IMG/VR virus record: IMGVR_UViG_3300029220_000017
Length of the DNA: 40,561 nt
Direction: 5' to 3' (one strand)
Source: a virus
The notes beneath the pieces were generated by a model. It saw nothing but the letters and a program-made list of their open reading frames with translations. It was not told the DNA's origin and did not search any database. Shown here in pieces: positions 8,771 through 17,343 of this stretch. The translations under genes were made by a program, and so were the position numbers. Position 1 is the first letter of the stretch. The number at the start of each line of letters is the position of its first letter.

Positions 8771-10138
8771 TTATTCATCCCCTTCCGGGTTATCTTCCGG
8801 CGTATCTGGTTCAGGTGGCTCTGTGTAGCGGTTATATGATTCCTCGTCCAACTTTGCCAAAATGTCCGGCACTTCCTCCGGTGCAACAAACGGTAATTTT
8901 TTGAGGATGGTTTCTTCGTCCAGATAATTAGCCGCCTCAAGAATCATGTCTGTTCGTTCCTTCTCGTTGCTGATTCTGTTTCGCTTAAATTGTGGTTCGT
9001 CATCAATCCCTGCAAGCTCCAGAATCTTCTCGATCGCATCGCCTACGAAGTACTCAAAATCATCTGCATTGTCGTCTAGCGGCTGGTATGCGGCGTCTAT
9101 ATGGTCATTTGTTGCTCCGGCGGCTATGGTGTGTACATCCAACGCCCCGAAGTCCTCATAAATTTCTGACCGCATCTGCGTGAGAAACTCTTTTCTAGCG
9201 GTATATGGCGGCTCTTGTGTGTATGCCTGTACCTGCCCCTCCTCGGCCTTTGCGATGTGCTGAAATTTGAGCCGATCCCTAAACTCTGCCAGCTCATCGT
9301 CTGTCATACCGTCAGCGTTGGAAATTAGCCAGTACATCTGTGCACAGTCGTCCAGATCATTGGCAAAACCACTTTGCACCGCGTCGTAGGCGTCAATCTT
9401 TGGCTGCATCCCTCTCAAAGTGCTTATATGTCGTTTATTCCCAAACATCGGCACGATGGGGAGGCTGCTATAATTTTCCTCTCCGATAATTTCGGGCTCC
9501 AAATTATTAGCAACTTCCACCCTTTGCCTGTACGCCCGTTTGGGAGCGGTCTCTTTTAATTCTCCAAATTTGCTTTCTGCACTGTAAGTTGTGTAGCCAT
9601 CTACTTCATACAGTACAACCTTAAACGGTTTCTGCTCGTCTAACTGCCAGAATCGTATACCCGCCATCAACGCCCCTGTGTCCTCGTCCCACATTGGGGC
9701 GAACTGCGTAAATGGAAATTCGTGCACGTGGTCCACATTCCAAAAAAGGAAGGACTGGCCATGGATTAATGCGTTGTATGCCGCCTCTTTAATCCGCCTG
9801 TCGAATTGTTTGCCCAGTTTTTTCTTAACATTCATGTCATTAAAAAAGACACCGTTTCCTAGGCTGTACGAACAGCGTTGTGTATTTAATTTGTGAAAAA
9901 AATTAGAGCATATCTGTGCATTGGATGAGAAATTGTCCACTTTTTTCTGACCCAATAAAGTGTAGTAAACACGCTGAAACTGCAGGATAGTCTCGTTTTC
10001 CTGTGCGTCATACTTGTCCGCCCTTAACGCCTCTTTGTATGCTCCTGTGCTCTCGTGGAATTTTATAAACTGATTTATAAATTGCCCTTTGTCTTTTGCG
10101 GCAACGAAATCTTGATATGATAGATACATTGTTATCAC
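8771..10138 (-). CDS. Portal protein (SPP1 gp6-like)
   Basis: 455 aa with an acidic C-terminal tail, immediately downstream of terL with a 4-nt overlap. Confidence 0.85.
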   Translation of the reverse strand: MITMYLSYQDFVAAKDKGQFINQFIKFHESTGAYKEALRADKYDAQENETILQFQRVYYTLLGQKKVDNFSSNAQICSNFFHKLNTQRCSYSLGNGVFFNDMNVKKKLGKQFDRRIKEAAYNALIHGQSFLFWNVDHVHEFPFTQFAPMWDEDTGALMAGIRFWQLDEQKPFKVVLYEVDGYTTYSAESKFGELKETAPKRAYRQRVEVANNLEPEIIGEENYSSLPIVPMFGNKRHISTLRGMQPKIDAYDAVQSGFANDLDDCAQMYWLISNADGMTDDELAEFRDRLKFQHIAKAEEGQVQAYTQEPPYTARKEFLTQMRSEIYEDFGALDVHTIAAGATNDHIDAAYQPLDDNADDFEYFVGDAIEKILELAGIDDEPQFKRNRISNEKERTDMILEAANYLDEETILKKLPFVAPEEVPDILAKLDEESYNRYTEPPEPDTPEDNPEGDE

Positions 10139-11364
10139 CCTAGAATTGATTTGTATTGTCTTGTTCGGCTGCGCTTGACGAGTTTTAATGTTTTTACAAA
10201 ATACCTGATAGCGTCCATTGCGTGGTCTGACTGTTTTATAACTTCGTCCCTTCCCTTTTCAGCCGCTGTTGGGTCCCATGCATAGATACCAAACTCCTCA
10301 ATCGTGTGTGTGCAAGATGGGTCAAACGATAATTTGTCTTGTGCCAACATCGTCTCAACGTCTGCTATCCCATCGTTAACAGTGTTATCTGCTTTTTTGA
10401 CTTTATGCCCTTTACTGCGTAACTCCACGATGAGAGCGGCGGCGGATGGGTCAACAATCACTAAATCATCTTTCAGCCCGTTTAGCGTGTCCTCTAGTCC
10501 TTTTACTAGCTTACTGACTGGTTTCATGCGGTTGTTCTCTCTGCCTGAGTAATAATACTCTCGTAGGCAGTGCCAGTTGCCAGTATCTACTCTTTTCTGC
10601 CAGACGAGGAAGACGGTAGCGTTCTGCATACCAAAGTCGGAGCTAACAATTATCTCTCCGCTAGTCTCTGCCTTGCAGACGTGTCTTTCCTCTGAAAACA
10701 TATCGTACACAAGACCTTCTGCCACTGCCCAGTTGCCCAATATGTAGCGTTGATACCTGTGTGTCCCGGAGTACTCTTTTATTAGCTCGTCCACTACCGC
10801 CGGAGGCAGGCATCCATCATGTATGTTGTAAGCCTGCTGAAATATATCGGCATCCGAATCCAGAAAACTTTTAAACCAATGCTTCGGCCCCGCCGGGTTG
10901 CAAGTGCCATCAAAATGGCTGTGTGACGTTCTGAGACGGGATTTCAACATTTCGAAAACTTCTTGATTCCACGTCGTCACCTCATCGCCGTATGCATACT
11001 CAATCGTTGCTCCCTGTATCCTTGCAACGTGTTTCTTATTGTCAGCACCTAATGCATATACCTTTTTGCCAAATAGCTGCACTGTATTGTCACTGCGTAT
11101 CTCGCCAACTAGCTCCTCGCCCCAAATCTCCCGCATGGGGTCAAGTATGTTACGTTGTAGCGTGCCGCGGGTGTTGCCAAGCATCACAGCCAACCCTAAT
11201 CCTTTTAGATGTGTCAGGCGTTGAGGAATTACGATCGCGTAGTCAACAAAGGATTTCCCGGAGCCTGTCGCCCCGGTCTTTACGTTCCAACGGTGGTTAC
11301 AGCCTTGCAGGTATTCTGCCTGCTTGCTAGTCAATGGCACTATCGACACCCCCAAGGATTTCAA
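10135..11364 (-). CDS. terL: Terminase large subunit (PBSX-type)
   Basis: Walker A motif KTGATGSGKS and a C-terminal nuclease-like region with acidic motifs. The start is uncertain: 11364 is TTG, and GTG 11340 follows GGGGGTG. Confidence 0.9.
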   Translation of the reverse strand: MKSLGVSIVPLTSKQAEYLQGCNHRWNVKTGATGSGKSFVDYAIVIPQRLTHLKGLGLAVMLGNTRGTLQRNILDPMREIWGEELVGEIRSDNTVQLFGKKVYALGADNKKHVARIQGATIEYAYGDEVTTWNQEVFEMLKSRLRTSHSHFDGTCNPAGPKHWFKSFLDSDADIFQQAYNIHDGCLPPAVVDELIKEYSGTHRYQRYILGNWAVAEGLVYDMFSEERHVCKAETSGEIIVSSDFGMQNATVFLVWQKRVDTGNWHCLREYYYSGRENNRMKPVSKLVKGLEDTLNGLKDDLVIVDPSAAALIVELRSKGHKVKKADNTVNDGIADVETMLAQDKLSFDPSCTHTIEEFGIYAWDPTAAEKGRDEVIKQSDHAMDAIRYFVKTLKLVKRSRTRQYKSILG

Positions 11365-11788
11365 TAGCTTTTGCTAGTGCTTTATCACTTGCACTCTCTG
11401 ACTGTGGCTTATCACGCCATTGTTCTGGCTTCCTGTTCTTTAGCCAAAATATCTGCGCTGTTGTATCCGGCGGAATGTGCTTCTTTGTTACTTTTCGCTC
11501 CGTCATTACTCCGCCTTCGTACTTTTCGCTCGTCTCCTCGTAGCTGTACCCTAGCGCCCGTTGTAACAAACTTTTTTCCACCTGCCTGTCCACAACATCT
11601 TTCCCCTTTTTTAAGGTATCGGCTAAAATTGGAAATTTTTTCTTCCATGTATACAAGGTATCTGGGTTGATGCCGATGTTTGCCGCAATCTCTTTGTCTG
11701 TGCATCCATCTCGTGCCCATCCCTCTATTTTTAGCAACCCTTCTTGGGTCAGCCACTCCTGGTATTTACTTATCCCATTTTGGGTCAC
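11327..11788 (-). CDS. terS: Terminase small subunit
   Basis: 153 aa with an N-terminal HTH (TDKEIAANIGINPDTLYTWKKKF) and the conserved IFWLKNRKPEQWRDK motif. Directly upstream of terL. Confidence 0.75.
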   Translation of the reverse strand: MTQNGISKYQEWLTQEGLLKIEGWARDGCTDKEIAANIGINPDTLYTWKKKFPILADTLKKGKDVVDRQVEKSLLQRALGYSYEETSEKYEGGVMTERKVTKKHIPPDTTAQIFWLKNRKPEQWRDKPQSESASDKALAKAIEILGGVDSAID

Positions 11789-11803
11789 CTCCTAAATACA
11801 ACC

Positions 11804-11835
11804 ATAACCCCGTAATGGATTGTTTACGGGGTTAT
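11804..11835. other. Perfect 11-bp stem hairpin 16 nt upstream of the terS ribosome binding site
   Basis: ATAACCCCGTA, a 10-nt loop, then TACGGGGTTAT. There is no U-tract on either strand, so it is not a classical terminator. Confidence 0.6.
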
Positions 11836-11875
11836 ATGAAAGGAAAGAAAATATGAAAAAAATCGTTTACACCAG

Positions 11876-12133
11876 TTGCATAGCACAACTAGATACAAGT
11901 ATAAGGAATTGCACCTTAACAGCCGCCGGGGTAAGACTAATAAGCGGCTGGTCTCTAAACACTTGTAGGTCCGCAACCTGTATGGGACACAAGGCACCGT
12001 GGGATAGGCGTCTTATGTACTCTCTTTTACGCGGGTGAGAGTTTACACTTTTACCACAAAAAGATAGAGGAGGTTATGTCTCACAAAAAGTTACCAGTAC
12101 TCGTCCGTACAAGTGTATTGTACGGCATTTTTT
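11876..12133 (+). ncRNA. Candidate plus-strand transcription unit (sRNA or micro-ORF) in the early/late intergenic gap
   Basis: Promoter-like TTGCAT (11876-81), 18-nt spacer, TATAAG (11900-05). A plus-strand-specific intrinsic terminator lies at 12105-12133: CCGTACAA, gtgta loop, TTGTACGG, then CATTTTTT. GC-rich stems lie in between, for example CAGCCGC...GCGGCTG. Confidence 0.35.
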
Positions 12134-12152
12134 AAGCCGTGTTAGACAAACA

Positions 12153-12184
12153 TAAAAAAGAGAGGGAGATAATTCTCCCCCTCT
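12153..12184 (-). terminator. Intrinsic terminator ending the early/middle transcript
   Basis: On the minus strand: AGAGGGGGAGA, attA loop, TCTCCCTCTCT, followed by TTTTTT. It starts at the stop codon of the 100-aa regulator gene. Confidence 0.75.
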
Positions 12185-12485
12185 AATATCCTGCATATTT
12201 CCCAGCCAAATTGGCGAAAGCACTAAGCCATCTGCGTATAGTCATTTCTGCATATCCGAGCTTATCCGCCGCCCCCGCTATCGTGTATCTATCCTCAAAA
12301 TACACCAGCTGTACAGCTTTCATTCTGTCCAATCCGTTGTCCATGCCCTCTGTTTGCTTTATCGCCTTGTTAATAGCGTACATCCATAGGGCTGACTGTG
12401 CTGTATTTTCTGCAATCAGTTTGTCTGGGTATTTTTTCACCTGCTTTACTGCGTGTCCGTACCAGTCGTGTTTAGGATTGCTCAT
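12183..12485 (-). CDS. Putative late-gene transcriptional activator (RinA/ArpU-like, sigma region-4-like HTH)
   Basis: 100 aa with C-terminal HTH TIAGAADKLGYAEMTIRRWLSAF. It is the last gene before the terminator and the terS late operon. Confidence 0.45.
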   Translation of the reverse strand: MSNPKHDWYGHAVKQVKKYPDKLIAENTAQSALWMYAINKAIKQTEGMDNGLDRMKAVQLVYFEDRYTIAGAADKLGYAEMTIRRWLSAFANLAGKYAGY

Positions 12486-12799
12486 CGTTCTATCTCCCCG
12501 TTTCTTCCAACTTTTTTAAACCTTACTCTTTGTAGCGCGTCAGGGTACTTTGTTGTATCGACTCCCGAAAAAAATTGTTTTAAATCTCTACTCCATGTAA
12601 GTTGGGAAGGTGTAAAGTCTTTGTATATTACTTCTATCTCAAGAGACTCGGAATTTACTACAACGTCCGTTACGATATATAACTCTCCTTTGAAATGCCT
12701 GTATATACAACCAGTCATTTCTTCTTTCAAATATTGAGCATCCTTCTGAATTTCCATTACGTCGGTAGAACGCCTTGTATCATATACAGCAGTTAACAT
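12482..12799 (-). CDS. DUF1653-like protein
   Basis: The core YRHFKGELYIVTDVVVNSESLEIEVIYKD matches the DUF1653 signature (YRHFKG..Y.V......E....V.Y). Confidence 0.55.
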   Translation of the reverse strand: MLTAVYDTRRSTDVMEIQKDAQYLKEEMTGCIYRHFKGELYIVTDVVVNSESLEIEVIYKDFTPSQLTWSRDLKQFFSGVDTTKYPDALQRVRFKKVGRNGEIER

Positions 12800-12902
12800 C
12801 TTTCTTCCTCCTTTTAAATATACTCATTTCTTTTTTCCTTTCTTGTCTTCATGCTTCTATACGTTTTTTCGCTTTACAAATAAACTTGCTATTTCCTCCT
12901 AT

Positions 12903-13100
12903 TTAAAAATATGTGAGTGTATCCGCGGCGTTGCTTGCCATCAACTCGACTCGTTTTAAATATCTTAACTGATTCTGGATGTATGTATCAGAGTCTTTGC
13001 CTCCGGCTGCTCTCCAGTCAGCTATTCGCTTATCTACATCCTGCAGAACATTAATCGGAATCATATCAAGATTGATATCTTCAAGGCTAAGCTGTTTCAT
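12903..13100 (-). CDS. Hypothetical protein (65 aa)
   Basis: An ORF with an AAAGGAG ribosome binding site, in the same orientation as its neighbours. No recognisable motif. Confidence 0.5.
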   Translation of the reverse strand: MKQLSLEDINLDMIPINVLQDVDKRIADWRAAGGKDSDTYIQNQLRYLKRVELMASNAADTLTYF

Positions 13101-13127
13101 ATAGTTTTATCACTCCTTTATATATGC

Positions 13128-14582
13128 TCATGCGCCGTTTTGCCTTTGCAATGTTCGTGATTTCGTGTATCCATCTCTTTCGCCTAATTTTTCTGCAATA
13201 GCTCTTATTACATTTACAGTTACGCCGTTTCCTGCTTGCTTATATAATTGACTATCAGAATTAACAAACTCTGCTTTTTCAAAATAGTCATCTGTCCAAC
13301 CTTGCAGCCTAAAGCATTCTTTCGGTGTCAGCTTTCTGATTGCTATGTAGCACTGGTATTTTTCATACCAGACAGCATATATGGTCAACTCTTCTGAAAC
13401 TTGCACAAAAATCCCTTGATTGCAACTGGTATCTAATGTATTTGCAACATCACGTCCAACTCGTCCTCTTCTTGTTTTACTTCCTGGAACTGATAAATTC
13501 ACGCTATCAATGCCTACTCTACACTCGGAATAGCCTTGCTTTGTTGCTTCGGCTACTTTTATTCCCTGCGAATCAATAACTCCAATCGGTTCAATCGCCA
13601 CTCCGTGTCTATCCTGTCCAGTAAGTGTAAACATCGGCTCACCATCTTCTTTGAATCTCCGTCCATTCTGACGCTTTTCTGCTCGGTCAGGTGTTAAAAC
13701 TGGAATTGCAATACCGCTATTTTGCGCTTTATACGTTCCACATCCTTTTTGATATCTTGCTTGCAAGCATCTGGCAATGCTAGTTGTTTCTGTTCCACTG
13801 TTGCACAAATCTATAAAACACGGCAATGCTACATGATGCCCTCGCCCACCACCTTGACCAGTATCAAGAGTTTCTGTAATTCCATCAGGTGCAAATACCT
13901 GCGTATTTTTTCTGTATCCGTCTTTGTGATCAATTATTTGAATACTATTTTCTCCGTCTGTTCTTTCGACAGGAAATACTTTTGCGGTACTTCTCCCTCT
14001 AAGATGTCCGATAATGAAGCACCTTTCTCTGTTCTGTGGCACTCCAAAATCTTTGGAGTTGAGCACCTGCCATTCTGCATCATACCCCCTCTGCTCCATT
14101 TCAATGAGCAGTCTGGCGAAATCCCATCCTCCATTAACACTAAGCAAATTCTTAACGTTCTCAACGAAAAGGTAAGTGGGTCTATTTTCTTCTTCGAGTT
14201 GTCCGATAAGGTACATAACTCTAAAAAACAAGCTTGAACGGTTCCCTTGAAATCCAAGCTGTTTTCCTGCAACTGAGATGTCTTGGCACGGGAATCCGAA
14301 ACACCAGCAATCTGCTCTTGGAATGTCTCCGGCATATACTCTTCTAATGTCATTTGCGTACCACTCTCCATTTCTGTATTCCTCCTTTAGTATTTCTTTT
14401 TGTCGCTGTTTCAACGGCATTTTATTTAAACGTTCTCTTTGCTCTAATGTAAGCAGGTGCATTGATGTGTAACTTGCGGTTGCAAATTTATCAAATTCGC
14501 AAAACCCGACGCATTCATGCCCCGCTAATTCCATGCCTCTGCGGAACCCTCCGATTCCGGCAAACAAATCAATAAACTTCAT
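13128..14582 (-). CDS. DNA (cytosine-5)-methyltransferase with an unusually long variable region
   Basis: Motif I FAGIGGF, IV GFPCQDIS, VI ENVKNL, VIII QNRERCFIIG, IX RKLTPKECFRLQGW, X YKQAGNGVTVNV. About 220 aa lie between motifs VIII and IX. Confidence 0.95.
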   Translation of the reverse strand: MKFIDLFAGIGGFRRGMELAGHECVGFCEFDKFATASYTSMHLLTLEQRERLNKMPLKQRQKEILKEEYRNGEWYANDIRRVYAGDIPRADCWCFGFPCQDISVAGKQLGFQGNRSSLFFRVMYLIGQLEEENRPTYLFVENVKNLLSVNGGWDFARLLIEMEQRGYDAEWQVLNSKDFGVPQNRERCFIIGHLRGRSTAKVFPVERTDGENSIQIIDHKDGYRKNTQVFAPDGITETLDTGQGGGRGHHVALPCFIDLCNSGTETTSIARCLQARYQKGCGTYKAQNSGIAIPVLTPDRAEKRQNGRRFKEDGEPMFTLTGQDRHGVAIEPIGVIDSQGIKVAEATKQGYSECRVGIDSVNLSVPGSKTRRGRVGRDVANTLDTSCNQGIFVQVSEELTIYAVWYEKYQCYIAIRKLTPKECFRLQGWTDDYFEKAEFVNSDSQLYKQAGNGVTVNVIRAIAEKLGERDGYTKSRTLQRQNGA

Positions 14583-14593
14583 TTTCTCTCCTC

Positions 14594-14722
14594 TTAAATA
14601 TGCTCATGCGGTTCGACCGGTTCCCAGTGTTTTTCAGCCTCCTGCTCAATCAATCGGTTATACTGCTCCACAAATTCGTCCTCGCTTATTTCACCCTGCA
14701 TGAATTTTTCTGATATGATCAT
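14594..14722 (-). CDS. Small acidic ORF (42 aa) coupled to the HsdS-like gene
   Basis: ATGA start/stop overlap with the upstream gene. It ends 12 nt before the C5-MTase start. Below the ORF-track cut-off. Confidence 0.4.
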   Translation of the reverse strand: MIISEKFMQGEISEDEFVEQYNRLIEQEAEKHWEPVEPHEHI

Positions 14723-15177
14723 GTAGGTGTCTGGTTTTGTTGCGCCATCATCTTTGCAAGATACCATTTCTTCATCTCTTTCTCTTTTTCTATCTGCATT
14801 TCGGTAAGTTCTATTTCATTATCCACCGCCTTGACTGCATTTACAACATACCTCTGTTCTTCCTCCTTTTCGTGCCAGTCAAGTACGAAATGTTTTAATG
14901 TTTCAAATTGTAAATTAATTGTTGTCCGGTATTTTCGCAAAAACTCAGGAAACTTATTGCAGATAGCAATGTGCAAGTAATCCGCGCAAATTCCTTCGTT
15001 TGGTTCAAACACTGCGTATCTTGTATCCAGTGTATTGTCATTTTTTAATTGGCCTACATACTCATCCGCAGCACTTAATTTTACATAGCAACTCCCTGCC
15101 GTATATATTTTTCCAGCCACCGCACGTTCTACTTTGCATATCTCAAAAATATTGACTTTTTTACATTGCATTTTCAT
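14719..15177 (-). CDS. Half-size Type I specificity subunit (single TRD HsdS-like)
   Basis: 152 aa. One target-recognition-domain-like segment is followed by the conserved EQ..I and a coiled-coil tail (EEEQRYVVNAVKAVDNEIELTEMQIEKEKEM). It overlaps the MTase gene end. Confidence 0.65.
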   Translation of the reverse strand: MKMQCKKVNIFEICKVERAVAGKIYTAGSCYVKLSAADEYVGQLKNDNTLDTRYAVFEPNEGICADYLHIAICNKFPEFLRKYRTTINLQFETLKHFVLDWHEKEEEQRYVVNAVKAVDNEIELTEMQIEKEKEMKKWYLAKMMAQQNQTPT

Positions 15178-16399
15178 AATCCTCTAATGTCATTTGCCTG
15201 AAAGTATTTCTTGTATTCTGCGGCTTCAGCAATTTTCTATGTTCTTTCATAACGTTCATATCCCCCTTGCTACCTACCAGTTCCCCCAGCATTTCGTACA
15301 GTTCTTTTCTAGTTTTCCTCTCTTCATTTTCAATTTTTTGCAGTTCTTTAAGAATCGCTTCCGCGTCTGGTAGAGGCTCTGGTTCAAACATATCTACATA
15401 TCTTGGGATATTTAGATTGTAATCATTATATTTTATTTCCTGATAAGATGCTACGTAAGCATATTTTTCTGCATCTTTACGTGTAAAAAAAGCATCGGCG
15501 ACATCTCTTATCTGCTCCTGCGACATGTCGTTTTGTGCTGATTTCTTTTCAAATCGTCTTGATGCGTCAATGAAAAGAATATCTGGGGAATTTTTTTCTA
15601 AAATTAGTAAAAATACTGGGATTGCTGTATTTAAAAATAACTTATCCGGTAATCCAATTACAGCACTAATCCAGTGCTCTTTAACAAGCCATTCTCTAAT
15701 TTTTCCTTCTGCCGCTCCTCGAAAAAGGACACCATGCGGAAGTATCGCAATCAGTCGTCCATCATCTTTTAAATGTTGTACACCGCGCAGTATAAATCCG
15801 TAATCGGCTTTGCTTTTCGGAATTTTATGTCCCATGATTGGCATCTCGTCCGCTTCTGGGAATTTCATAGAGTATGGTGGATTCATAATTACATTATCAA
15901 AGCATCCCATTTCTTCCGGTTCTACTTGTTTTGGGATACTTATATCATTATTTTTTTCTAAATGATATGTTTGCATTATATTTCCCCGTAAACAATCCGC
16001 CCGGCTAATACTTCCTTCCAATCCATCAATGCAGGCATCTAGTAAGGCAAATGGAATCGTACGCTCACTAAATTCCTGTTCGCATATTTTTATGCCATGC
16101 TCTTTTGCGGCTGCCTTGCTTAATGCTCCCGTTCCAGAGCACATATCCAGTACACTGCCCGGCTTCATCATTTTTGCGACCATGGCGCAGATGCAATCCG
16201 GTGTAAAATCCTGTTTTAAAGTTTTTCTGTCTCCCTGCTCTTGCTGGAATATATCCCGGATGTCATCGTGCGTACTTTTTTTCACTAGCCTTATGATACT
16301 TTCTGCATTATCAGACAGTAATGCATCCATAATTGCATCTGGAAGCTTATATGATTCGGATACATGAAATATATCAAGTAAGGTTCTCTTCGAGTCCAT
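15161..16399 (-). CDS. N6-adenine DNA methyltransferase, Type I HsdM-like
   Basis: Motif I VLDMCSGTGAL, catalytic NVIMNPPYS, and the LPHGVLFRG...IREWL...AVIGLPDKLF block. The start ATG 16399 follows AAAGGAG; the ORF-track start at 16420 is GTG and contains the ribosome binding site. Confidence 0.9.
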   Translation of the reverse strand: MDSKRTLLDIFHVSESYKLPDAIMDALLSDNAESIIRLVKKSTHDDIRDIFQQEQGDRKTLKQDFTPDCICAMVAKMMKPGSVLDMCSGTGALSKAAAKEHGIKICEQEFSERTIPFALLDACIDGLEGSISRADCLRGNIMQTYHLEKNNDISIPKQVEPEEMGCFDNVIMNPPYSMKFPEADEMPIMGHKIPKSKADYGFILRGVQHLKDDGRLIAILPHGVLFRGAAEGKIREWLVKEHWISAVIGLPDKLFLNTAIPVFLLILEKNSPDILFIDASRRFEKKSAQNDMSQEQIRDVADAFFTRKDAEKYAYVASYQEIKYNDYNLNIPRYVDMFEPEPLPDAEAILKELQKIENEERKTRKELYEMLGELVGSKGDMNVMKEHRKLLKPQNTRNTFRQMTLEDYENAM

Positions 16400-16428
16400 A
16401 AAACCACTCCTTTCTTGCACGTTTCAAT

Positions 16429-16737
16429 TTATCTATTCCCCCTTATTCTTCCGCACGCTTTCGTCCACTCCCTCGCAAATCTCTTTTCCGCCAAGTCGCT
16501 TGGGAAAAACTTTGTTTTTTTATTTTTGTATCCTCTGTTTCTCAACTCCCTTTCTACGGCTTCAATTTTCCCCCTCGATTTGGGTGTTTTGCGTAGTTCG
16601 GTCATTGCTTCCCTTAACTCTTGTTCTGTGCATCCCATCAGAAATGCGGCTCGGTCAAGGCTTGGTATTTCATATAGTTTTTTCGCTATTTTGTTTTGTA
16701 TTTTGTCAAAATCTTCGTCTTTCAGCCCGTATGGCAT
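16429..16737 (-). CDS. Hypothetical basic protein (102 aa)
   Basis: An ORF in the operon orientation, preceded by a purine-rich ribosome binding site. No confident family. Confidence 0.55.
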   Translation of the reverse strand: MPYGLKDEDFDKIQNKIAKKLYEIPSLDRAAFLMGCTEQELREAMTELRKTPKSRGKIEAVERELRNRGYKNKKTKFFPSDLAEKRFAREWTKACGRIRGNR

Positions 16738-16834
16738 TTTCTTTCCTTTCCCCTCCGGAATAAATCCGGAGGAATCAATGGCATATAGCTCCTCATGGAA
16801 CCGTTAACGTGTTGCGTGTAATATGTATCTATCC

Positions 16835-17002
16835 TTAACCCTTGGAGGGTGTCCAGCTTTTCCATCTGCATGGTACAATGTTTAGCAAACTGCATACATA
16901 TTCTTCTGCAAAAATACAGTTTTCGCAATATTCATGCTGGTTGCAATATTTTTTGAGTGTCTCCGCCGCTTTTCTTGCTTCTAAGTCTCCTGTTTTTCCC
17001 AT
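16835..17002 (-). CDS. Small Cys-rich ORF (55 aa), translationally coupled to DUF1064
   Basis: TAATG overlap with the DUF1064 stop. Sequence MGKTGDLEARKAAETLKKYCNQHEYCENCIFAEEYVCSLLNIVPCRWKSWTPSKG, with five Cys. Below the ORF-track cut-off. Confidence 0.45.
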   Translation of the reverse strand: MGKTGDLEARKAAETLKKYCNQHEYCENCIFAEEYVCSLLNIVPCRWKSWTPSKG

Positions 17003-17343
17003 TACGCCACCTCCCTGATCGTGATACCATACCGTTCAAGCATCAGTTTTCTCTTGATGATATATTCCGGATTTTTTCTTGTGCGCGGGGATTTTACGTC
17101 CTCGACAACAATCTTCCCTTCCTTGTCTGTGTAGCGGAAATCTGCTGTATAGGATACAGGGCGTTCTGTGGTGCCATCCTCTCGTTTCTGGCTGCCCACA
17201 AGGATGTATCTAGCCTGTCGCTCTAATCCTGTAATTTCTCCCGCTTCTTGCATTGCCGCAAGCTCTAAATAGCGATGCATTTCTCTCTTGCTGTCAAACT
17301 TTCCGGCTGTCGTAAAAATCTTTTTATTTCTAAATTTGTTCAC
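17002..17343 (-). CDS. DUF1064 protein (endonuclease-fold, resolvase-like)
   Basis: Signature FRNKK...FDSKRE..RY..L......G.I..LERQ...L......YTADF.Y......VVEDVK......EYIIKRKL. The start GTG 17343 follows GGGAGGA and forms a GTGA overlap. The long ORF-track N-terminus is rejected. Confidence 0.7.
   Translation of the reverse strand: MNKFRNKKIFTTAGKFDSKREMHRYLELAAMQEAGEITGLERQARYILVGSQKREDGTTERPVSYTADFRYTDKEGKIVVEDVKSPRTRKNPEYIIKRKLMLERYGITIREVA

Noticed and set aside
11820-12038. 72-aa plus-strand ORF in the terS-upstream gap as a protein-coding gene
   Set aside because: It has a TTG start inside a hairpin and an odd Cys/Arg-rich composition. Only a weak ribosome binding site precedes the internal ATG at 11853. 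The region is kept only as a possible transcription unit, not called as a CDS.
16722-16928. 68-aa minus-strand ORF in the gap after DUF1064
   Set aside because: It overlaps both the better-supported 55-aa coupled ORF (in a different frame) and the start of the 102-aa gene. It has no ribosome binding site.
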